From the NCBI RefSeq assembly GCF_006345805.1, contig NC_043005.1:96410001-96474000 (forward strand): a stretch of DNA of 64,000 bases. The letters run 5' to 3'. The position numbers and the translations under genes are program-made. The notes beneath the pieces are model-generated. The model searched no databases. It saw only the letters and a program-made list of their open reading frames with translations, and was not told the DNA's origin. Source of the DNA: Octopus sinensis (lineage: Eukaryota). How positions within the stretch are numbered: position 1 is the stretch's first letter; each line of letters begins with the position of its first letter. Below are positions 36,401 to 47,200 of this stretch, piece by piece.

Positions 36401-39400
36401 ATATTAATGATTTTAGAAATATTAACAACTGTTGCAATAATTAATATTAATTGGTAAGCAGTATTTAGCAAAAACTATATCTTATTGTTCATAAATCTGC
36501 TGCTCTGAGTTCACATATACAAGGTTTCTTATCTTTGCTAGTCAGCTGTCTACTGTCTACTTCAGATGTATAGCTTTAAATGGGAACATTATTTGGTGTT
36601 GATTTATAAAAAAACATTCTGTATTTATCAGTGATATAGTGAAGGGGTCTCTGCTTGATGGTCAAGAGTTTCGATGCCCCTATTTTAATTAGACAGCATG
36701 ATAAGCAAAAGGAAATATTGCATCCCTTTACGCCTACATCTGGAGATGACCGGACACCTTGACTCCCCACGTGCCATGCCTCTTGTCAACAAAAACTGTT
36801 TAACTTTGAGATGTTGGTATATATAATAAAGGCAATAACTAATAGGTAAAATACATATTAACATATGTACACACACACACACACAGAGGCATACGTATAT
36901 ACTTACAATAATGTAATTACATAGGTAAATATAAATACATATCAGTAACATACACATATATTTATAACATATCTACATAGGTAAATATATACATAAACGA
37001 ATATAACTGCTTGGGTTAGATATACAAAATAGGCGTAGGAGTGGCTGTGTGGTAAGTAGCTTGCTAACCAACCACATGGTTCCGGGTTCAGTCTCACTGC
37101 ATGGCACCTTGGGCAAGTGCCTTCTACTATAGCCTCGGGCCGACCAAAGCCTTGTGAGTGGATTTGGTAGATGGAAATTGAAAGAAGCCTGTCGTATATA
37201 TGTATATATATATAAATATATATAATTATATATCATCATCATCAAATCGTTTAACGTCCGTTTTCCGCGCTAGCATGGGTTGGATGGTTCGACCGGGGTC
37301 TGGGAAGCCAGGAGGCTGCACCAGGCTCCAGTCTGATCTGACAGTGTTTCTACAGCTGGATGCCCTTCCTAACGCCAACTACTCTGTGAGTGTAGTGGGT
37401 GCTTTTTACGTGCCACCGGCACAGGTGCCAGGGGAGTCTGGCAGCGGTCACGATTGGTTGGTGCTTTTAACGTGCCACCGGCACGGAAGCCAGTCAAGGC
37501 AGTGCTGGCATCTGCCACGTTCGGATGGTGCTTTTTATGTGCCACCGGCACAGGTATCACACCTACTATTTCCATTGATATTTATTTCGATGTTCATGTA
37601 CTTGACTCAATAGGTCTCCTCAAGCACTGCGGGTTGTTCTGAAATCCAAGGTACTTTGAATGGGCAGGGGCTATGCGGAACTGGTGCAGGAAGCAGCCCG
37701 GGTCTTTGCAGTCACAGCATATCTCTAGAGGTCTCGGTCCTTCGTCATTGCCTCTGTGAGGCCCAATGCTCTGAGGTCATGCTTGACTACCTCATCCCAT
37801 GTCTTCCTGGGTCTATCTCTCCCCCTGATACCTTCACTGACATTACACATCCAGCGGATCATGTTAGCTTCATTTCTTTCAAGTCTACGCATGTCCTCTG
37901 CAGTCACAGCCCATGTTTCACTACCGTGAAGCATGGCAGTTCGCACACATTTATCATACAATCTACCTTTCACTCTGAGCGAGAGACCCTTTGTTGCCAG
38001 TAGGGGTAGGAGCTTTCTAAACTTTGCCCAGGCTATTCGTATTCTAGTGGTGACACTCTCTGAGCATCCACCTCCACTACTAACTTGGTCACCCAGGTAG
38101 CGGAAACTATCAACTACTTCTAGTTTCTCCCCCTGGAGTGTGATGGAATCTGTTTTCTGAGTATCTGTGGTGTCTATTGTCCCTGTGGATCTGCCACACA
38201 TGAAAGCTATCTTGTCAGTTAATTTCCCTTTGATGTTGCTGCACCTCTTATGCGTCCATAGCTTACACTGGGTACACCTTATGGAGTTTCTACCTCCTCC
38301 TTTCCTACAGATCGAGCAGGGCCACCTGCCCGAGGGTGTGTGTGCTGAGTTCGTCTTTCTGCTTACTATAACTTTGGTCTTTGCTACATTTACTCTAAGG
38401 CCCTTTGATTCTAACCCTTGCTTCCACGCCCGAAATTTCTTTTCTAGTTCCGGTAGTGATTCTGCTATGAGAGCCAGGTCATCAGCATAGAGGAGCTCCC
38501 AGGGGCAACCTGTTTTGAATTCCTCTGTTATTGCCTGGAGGACTATGATGAATAAAAGGGGACTGAGGGCTGAACCTTGGTGTACACCTACTTCTACCCG
38601 GAATTCTTCACTATATTCGTTGCCAATCCTAACCTTGCTGACAGCCTCTCTGTATAGGGCCTGTACAGCCCTTATTAGCCATTCGTCAATCTCCAGTTTC
38701 CGCATTGACCACCAGATAAGGGATTGGGCGACCCTGTCAAAGGCTTTCTCCAAGTCCACAAAAGCTATGTAGAGGGGTTTATCTTTAGCTAGGTATTTCT
38801 CCTGCAGTTGTTGGATCAGGAATATAGCATCAGTGGTGCTTCTACCCGGCACAAAACCGAACTGCATTTCATCTAAGCAAATTCTCTCCCTAATGAGATG
38901 GGCTATGACCCTCTCTGTGACCTTCATCACCTGATCCAACAGTTTAATACCCCTGTAGTTATTTCTATCTATAGCATCACCTTTACCCTTGTAGCAGTTG
39001 ACTATGGTGCTGCTACGCCAGTCATTGGGTATGACTCCATTATGAATTACCTGGTTTACAATGCGGGTGACTAGGCCATAACCCACACAACCAGCTGTTT
39101 TAAGCATCCAATGTGCTATGCTTACTGCACCTAGGTTTCCCAAGCGGTCACCCATCTAAGTACTGACTAGGCTCGACGTTGCTTAACTTCGGTGATCAGA
39201 CGAGAACCGGTGCTTTCAATGTGATATGGCCATATATATATATATATATATATATATAACGGGAAGGTTTACGAAAATAAACAAAAGACGAAGGCAGGTG
39301 GAGTACAAACAAACAAATGTATTAGTATGGCGCTCAGGAATAGAAATAGAGCAAGTCTTTTACGTTTTGAGCCTATGCTCTTCCACAGAAAGATACACAG

Positions 39401-41189
39401 AAAAGAAACAAGGAGAGAAAAAAATGCGTGTAGGAGCTAACGGTCCATCATGGCGTTCTGACTTCAGGTAGAAGTCAGAGGTCAGGCGTTAGATGCTAGA
39501 GGGATAGTAGGGGAGATAACAGGGTCAAGTGACTTCACCCCAACACGAAGGTGCGTGTGTGTATAAGAGAGTATGTATGTGCGTGTGAAATAGGGCTGGT
39601 GGTCTGGACGTGTGTATGTATGTATGTGTGGGTGTGGAGATATGGGGGTGGGTGTGTGGGTGGTGTGTTATGATATGTGTATGTATGTGTAGGTGTAAAG
39701 ATGTGGGGATAGGTGTGTGGGTGGTGTGTTGTGATGTGATGTGTAATGTCATATGGTGTAGTGTGGTGTGATGTTGTGGGGAGGTGGGGGGCGAGAGTGG
39801 GGAAAGCCCATGCGGGGTGTGGGTTCGGATGGGGTTGGGGTAGAGTGGGGGTTGTGGAGAGAAGAGAGAGAGGAGGGGGAGGGGAGAGAGGAAATGAGGA
39901 GGAGGGAGGGGATGGGGAGAGAAGGGGAGTGAGGGAGCAGAGAGAAGGGGAAGAGGGAAGAAGAGGAGGGAAAGAGAGTAGGGGTGAAAAGATGAAGGAC
40001 TGAAGAGAAGTAGGAGTCGGGGGGGGGTAGGTTAGATGCAAAGGAGGGGGAGAGTTGAGCCCAAATGGTGTAAAAGAGCGAAGAGAGAAGATTAATCTCT
40101 GTTTACAACGCAAGTGGGAATCCGGATGGCCTCTGTGCAAGGACAATCTCAATACAGACAGATGTTGCAAGGAGTGACGGTGGAGCGGAAATGGCGTGAG
40201 ACTGGTGTGTCATTGGCGAGGCGGATGTCTCGGAGGTGTTCCGCAAACCAGTCAGCCAAGCAGCGTCCTGCTTGTCCGATGTACAGGGAATGGCAGAGAG
40301 AGCAGGAGATGCAATAGATGATATTGCTGGAGGTGCAGGTGAAGGAGTCGATGATGGGTGCCAGTTAGGAGGGTGGTGTTGGAGAGTTAAGGGCAAGTGC
40401 GACAACGTGGGCGGGAGCAGGGGAACGAGCCAGGTTGGGAGGTAGGGTCAGGGAAGAAGCTGTGGACCAAGAGGTCTCGTAGGTTATGGGCTTGTTAGAA
40501 GGAGGGAAGGGGTCGGTTAGGGAAGAGGTGTGAAGTGGACGGGTCGGACTGGAGATGTTGGAAAGCTCGAAGAATGGTGCGTTGGAGAGGTAGGGTGGTG
40601 GGGTGGTAAGTGAGGGGAAAAGGGAGGCGGGAGACTGCAGGGTGGGTTCGGGGAAAAGGGAGGCGGGAGACTGCAGGGCGGGTTCGGGGGAAGAGAGCAG
40701 ATGCACGGTCTACGGAACGTGCTCTGGGAAGGGCGGTGTGGATAGTGGTGAGGGGGTATCCACGTAGGATGAAGTGGCGAGCCATGAGTTGAGACTCAAA
40801 GTCATGGTTGTCACTACAGAGCCTACGTAGACGGAGGAATTGGGAATAGGGGATGGAAAGCTTGGTGTGTTTGGGGTGGGAGGAAGAGAAGTTTAGGTAT
40901 GAGTGTGAGTCTGTGTTTTTGTAGTGAATGGAGGTGGTAAGAGTGGAGTGATGAATGCTGACCGAAATGTGAAGAAAAGAGACAGAGGTGTTGGAAATAG
41001 TGGAAGTGAAGTGGAGGGCAGGATGGAAGGAATCTAGATGTTCACGGGAGAGTGAAGTGGCATCGATAATGTCGTCAATGTAACGACCGTATAGTTCGGG
41101 AGTGGGACCAGTGAAACTAGAGAATATTTGGGCCTCAACATAGCCAACGAACAGGTTCGCATAGTTGGGGCCCATTCGCGATATATGTA

Positions 41190-41244
<55 letters not shown>

Positions 41245-44200
41245 TTGTTCCCCCCAACATCGCTTGACAACCGATGCTGATGTGTTTACGTCCCCGTAAC
41301 TTAGCGGTTCGGCAAAAGAGGCCGATAGAATAAGTACTAGGCTTACAATGAATAAGTCCTGGGGTCGATATGCTCGACTAAAGGCGGTGCTCCAGCATGG
41401 CCACAGTCAAATGACTGAAACAAGTAAAAGAGTATATGTTTATACATGTAAATAGAGAGAAAGCAAAGACGGAAAAATTTTCAGATAATGCATATTCAAG
41501 TATAAGTATATAGGCATTTATAGATTAATAGAGCAAACTTACACAGTGCAAAAATGTAGAAAATTAAAGGGGAGCAGGTATGGTGGTACAGGTCCGATAA
41601 CTGTTTCTGGGGTCTGTAGCTACTTTGTAATGTCGCAGATGTATTTCACAATAATATGCAATCAATAATGGAAGAATATAAACATTGGGTAGATCTAGCC
41701 TTTGTCTTCAAGGTGGAGAAATCAAAATCTAACATTTCAAATGATAATGCAGGGAAATTTAAAGGTAAAATGGGTGAAGAGGAAAGCAAGCAGTTGTGAG
41801 TGGAGGGAGGAAGTAGGTAGCTCGTTTGATTCTTGCACTGAGTGGAGTGTTGTGTCCTTGAGTAGTGTGCTTACTTTCTCAATGCTTGTTTACTCAGTTG
41901 AGCACATATACTCATGGCAGCTGGAGAAGGAGCTTAATCCTTTAACACACTGACATTCTTTTGAACGACTCTTGTTCACTTTCCAGGTACATTACTGTAT
42001 ATACTTTATATGCACTTTTGACAAGTTGTGGTGCACCTGAGCATTGTATACAATAATTTCATTATTATTATGTTCAGTTGCCTTAAACACCAAAGAAAGT
42101 GGGATAAAATCTGATAAATTTTAATGGGCTGAAGATTTAGATTTTACCTTTTTTTAATTGGTAAATATAAGCACCTATCAGTCACACATGCACCCACTTA
42201 CCTGCCCGATGGTTGAGTGGCCAGTGTCTATGATAATACTCAGTATTACTCTTTGTAGACAATAATTCTAATAGATATTCATATATGAGAATGGATTGTT
42301 AATAAGAATCTGTTATCTCCACAACAGTACTTTCTGATCAGAAACAGAGAAGCAACTCTTAAACCACACTGTACAGCCCTGTTATTTTATCAAAGTCTAA
42401 TATTTTGTTTACCTCTAACAGTTATTTTTGTATTTTTCCTAGGCTGATCTCATTCACTTGGGGGCCAAATATTCTCCATGTATGCGAAAAGATAAGAACA
42501 TATTGGATGCTTTGGAAAAAGATCGAAACCTTGAGCGCGAATCAGCTTGTTGTGTCCGTAATGATGGATCCGGTTGTTCCCAGATGACTGAAAACAGATG
42601 CAGTGTAAGTAACAATAAAGTATTTGAGTATCAGGATTATGAAGAGGAATTCACAAGAGGTTATATAGACATCAACCATTTTGTTACCATATTGTTATTT
42701 TCTTCAGCTACCTCTGTTAACCCTTTTGATGCCGATGCCAGTACCCCCTGACTGGCTCTCGTGCCGGTGGCACATAAAAAGCACCAGCCAAACATGGCCG
42801 AGGCCAGTATCCCCTGACTGGCCCCTGTCCCAGTGGCACATAAAAAGCACCAACTACATTCTCGGGGTGGTTGGTGTTAGGAAATTGTGTCATCTTGTCA
42901 TTATCTCATCCTTTCATGCTTACTGGTTCTACATTATTGAATATGCGATACAAATAAGAAGATGATATTCTTTCAAATGCAGAGTTACCGCTAGAACGGC
43001 AAAAATACTGGGTAACTTACCCTTACAAGGTGGACAAATTTGCAACAACCAGCCATGGGACTTGAACCCATAACCCTTAGAGACTCGGGTTGGGTGCTTT
43101 ACCATTAAGCTAAACTGCCCACTGACAAATTCATCTGCCGAATTAGATACTAAAAACTTTAGCTTTATATAACAACCATGTTTGTGTAAAGAAACAAATA
43201 TTTGAGTTCCATGGTTGGTTGTTGACAAATTTTTCTACCTTTTTAATGGTAAGTTACCCAGTATTTCTGCAACTCTGTGTTTGGAAAAATATAATCTTAT
43301 TTGTATTGTACAATACACATTTCAACTCCTGATAAAAAAAAAAATTGTTTGCTTACATTTATACACATGATTGAATATACATGTTTTTTTGTTTTGTTTG
43401 TAAGGAGGATATGACAACCTCTTTAGTGCTGGTACCACATTAAAATATACTCTGTACCCTCTGGAAGGTGGTTGGTGAAAGGAAGGGCACCCAGGCATAG
43501 AAACCATTCTGAAAATGAAATATACAAGCATCAGTCTGTGAGGGCAGTAGCTTCCAATCATCATCATCATCATCATTGTTTAACGTCCGTTTTCTATGCT
43601 AGCATGGGTTGGACGGTTCGACTGGGGTCTGGGAAGCCATGGAGGCTGCACCAGGCTCCAATCTTGATCTGGCAGTGTTTCTATGCCCTTCCTAACGCCA
43701 ACCACTCTGTGAGTGTAGTGGGTGTTTTTTATGTGCCACCGGCACAGGTGCCAGGGCAGGCTGAAGAACTGATTTTGACTGTGATGACCTGTTCCAACCT
43801 ACCAGTATGGGAAAGTAGATATAAACATGTTGATAATAATAGGGTGTGATTTGAAGAAGATGTGGCTGCTATTTCTACAAATTGAGAAACTGCTTATCAG
43901 TTCCTTGTTTAGCTTGTAAGAGCAGAGATAAATAAGCCTGGAAAGGTTTGAAGAAGTAAAAGTTATTCCTTGTTGTTCTAACACACCATTATTGGAGCCA
44001 ACGAAAGTGCCTCTATAAAGTATCTCCACATACTAGAAATAAGTCAAATCTTCCTCAAATTACAGTTATTTTGTCAGAGCCATAAGTTTTGCTATTGGTT
44101 GCTCTTCCTACTTCTAACTTGTAAAGAAGGAGTGAACTGTTTAGTCAGTCAGGCAAACTGAGATATGTAAATTGTGGAAAAAAACCCCAAAAAAACACTG

Positions 44201-47200
44201 CTTGTAATTAAATTTGAACTCATCGTCATGTAATTGTTAGTCCAGCTTAATCTTACAGCAGTTTTGCTCACATGCAAAAAAAGAAATCATTGTCACTACC
44301 ATTTCTCCTCTTTTTATTCTTTTTGCATAATTTTGGGGGTAAATTTTGTTGGAACTAATTTTACCATAGATTTTTATGTTAAAGTCATTTGAAAATTATG
44401 CAGTGACCTCCAGCTCTGTAACTACACTGCCTTGCACATTATCTGACTACTTTCTGATCTGTCCTCCTTCTTGAGCTATTTTTATCTCTCTCACTTTCCC
44501 ACCCCATACCAATATTTCCTGTTAACTATACCCTTGTTCATTGCTCATTACATTCACCTCTACCCCTATCTCTAAGCTCTTTGCTGTTACTTTCTTCTCA
44601 CACTTATGAAATTACCCATCCTCTCTGCCTTCCTCCCCTGAGCTACTGCCCATAATATCTGTTCTGTTCACCTTCTTGCACTTTAAGAGTTTGTTCTTTC
44701 TTTCCAGCCACTCCCACCCTTTCCTGTGTTATGTAGGGTAACTATGTATCTCCTCATATAGCTCGTTCCTCTAGCCTTTCTACACCTGTAGTATAAAGCT
44801 ACCGTCCCCTCTCTCAAATATACCTCTCCACTCAGTGAAGGGGTCTTTTTTTCTTTTTTACTTCACTTGCCTTGCAAGTTATTTAATAATCACACATTAG
44901 TCCCAGTGGCATGGAGAAAAGGTACCCAGGATGTACTGTAAATTGGTTGGTGCTAGGAAGGACATCCAGTTGTAGAAACTGTGCCAAAATTGACATTGGA
45001 GCTCAGCTCAGTTCTGTAGGTTATTAGATTCTGTCAAACCACCATCCCATGCCAGTATGGAAAAACAGGCATTAAATGATGATGAGGGGATGGTGGTAGT
45101 GGTGGCAGCAGCGGCTGTTGTTGTTGTTGTTCAAAATGTATTGTACTTGTTTCACTGCAACGAATAAATTCAACGCTTCTCATGTGATTCTAGGAAACAT
45201 TATCCACATTTTATGATAATACGGAGATGTTATTATCTCAGAAGAGAGACATTCGAACTGTATGTGGTCTTGATCCAAAGTGAGTATATCGTTCTCTGTA
45301 TGTGTTGCTTCTTTTGTTGCATTTCTGATGTTGATATATGCTTGTAGGGCATTTAAGCTTTTGAACATTTGTCTGCTCCCATTTGTTTGTATATGAGAAC
45401 TACATGATACAATTACCAAATGTGTTCTTTTCTTTTCGTCACCTTACTGGCACCTGTGCCGGTGGCATGTGTAAAAAGATTTGAGCGAGGTTGTTGCCAG
45501 TACCGCATGACTGGACCCCGTGCCGGTGGCACGTAAAAAGCACCCACTACACTCTCGGAGTGGTTGGTGTTAGGAAGGGCATCCAACTGTAGAAACATTG
45601 CCAGATCAAGATTGGAGCCTGGTGCAGCCATCTGGTTTGCTAGCCCTCAGTCAAAATCGTCCAACCCATGCTAGCATGGAAAGCGGACGTTAAACGATGA
45701 ACGAGTAAGTGCGATATGATGAGGATTTGTTTGTTATTTCTAGTTTGTTGAGTGACTGCATAGAAGCTCTTTCCACTTCAGTGAGTATGTGTGTGTTTGT
45801 GTATCAAGTTCCAAAACCTAGAATTCTTGTAGATTGAATGCAAGCTAGATTAAGGGTGAGAAGTATTTTATTAGGATCTAGGAAATAAGAGAGAGAGAGA
45901 GAGAGAAAGAGAGAGTACAGCATTAATACGAAAGATACCAGACAATACAGTATTGAGGTGCATCAGAACATTTATGTACTTAATGTAATTTTCTAGCAAA
46001 CTGGTAACCGAACTTGCTTTGTAGATTGTCATTAGTATAGAGGCATATGAGTTTTAAGAAAATTAACCAGCATACTATGAAAACATAATGTAGTGAAAAA
46101 GACTCAAGAAAATATTACGTACAGGCACAAGTGTGGCTGTGTGGTAAGAAGCTTGTTTCCCAACCACATAGTTTCGGGTTCAGTCCCACTGTGTGGCACC
46201 TTGGTGCCACACAGTGTCTTCTACCATAACTTTGGGCTGACCAAAACCTTGTGAGTGGATTCGGTAGACTCAAACTGGAAGAAGCCCGTTGTATATATAC
46301 ATATATGTGTATGTGTGTGAATGTGTTTGTCCCCCCGCTATTGCTTGACAATTGATGCTGGTGTGTTTATGCCCCCATAACTTAGTGGTTCAGCAAAAGG
46401 GACTGACAGCATAAGTACTAGGCTTACAAAGAATAAGTCCTAGGATCTATTTCTTCCACTAAACCCATTAAGTCTGTGCTCCAGCATGATCACAGTCAAA
46501 TAGCTGAAACAAGTAAAACAATATATACACACACACACACACTCATTACCATAGAGTGTCCACTTTTCCATGCTTGCATCGGTCAGGCAGAATTTGATGA
46601 TACAGATTTTTTGTGGCTGCCCCTCTTGTTGCCAACTCTAACCTGTTTCCAAGCAAGGTAATATTTCCCTGTGGCCAGAAGATTAGAAGTGAAAAACATT
46701 GCTGGTATGACAGTGATGCTTGTTTACAATCATCATGTGAAATCAACACAAAGACACACACACACACATACATGATCTTCTAGTTCCCATCTACCAAATC
46801 GAATTGCAAGGCTTTTGTAAGATGACAAAAGACTAAGAACAACAGCATTAAGTTAAATCACAGAATCCAATATATATTGGCAAAGATTAGATGAGTCATC
46901 ATTGTCTGACTCAGTTTTTATGTCTGTCCTGGATGAGTCTAAGTACCACATCTCTCTTGTATATACCAGTTGGTGTAGTTTCTATAGTTGGATGCCCTTT
47001 CCTAATGCCAACCATTTTATAATGTGTCCTAGATGCATTTTATCATGGCACCAATACCGGAGAGGCTGCCTACCTAACACTAGTGCACCATCACAATTTG
47101 TATGTGTATGTATCAAACATAACTGTCATCATCATTGTTTAACGTCCGTTTTCCCTGCTATCATGGGTTGGACGGTTCAACTGGGGTCTGGGAAGCCAGG

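Noticed and set aside
38167-38772. Plus-strand ORFs overlapping the RT (also 29592..29939, 30021..30353, 40114..40792)
   Set aside because: Antisense or shadow frames of retroelement coding sequence.
39118-39234. Functional 5S rRNA gene
   Set aside because: Solitary, missing 5' nucleotides, CpG-type substitutions, no oligo-T Pol III terminator, fused to a LINE.
39535-40170. 211-aa Pro/Ser/Thr/His-rich protein
   Set aside because: Only the first ~38 aa are the frameshifted end of the Penelope GIY-YIG domain; the rest is CT/CA low-complexity UTR.
43045-43120. Functional tRNA gene
   Set aside because: Anticodon arm and acceptor stem do not pair properly; it is a tRNA-derived head only.
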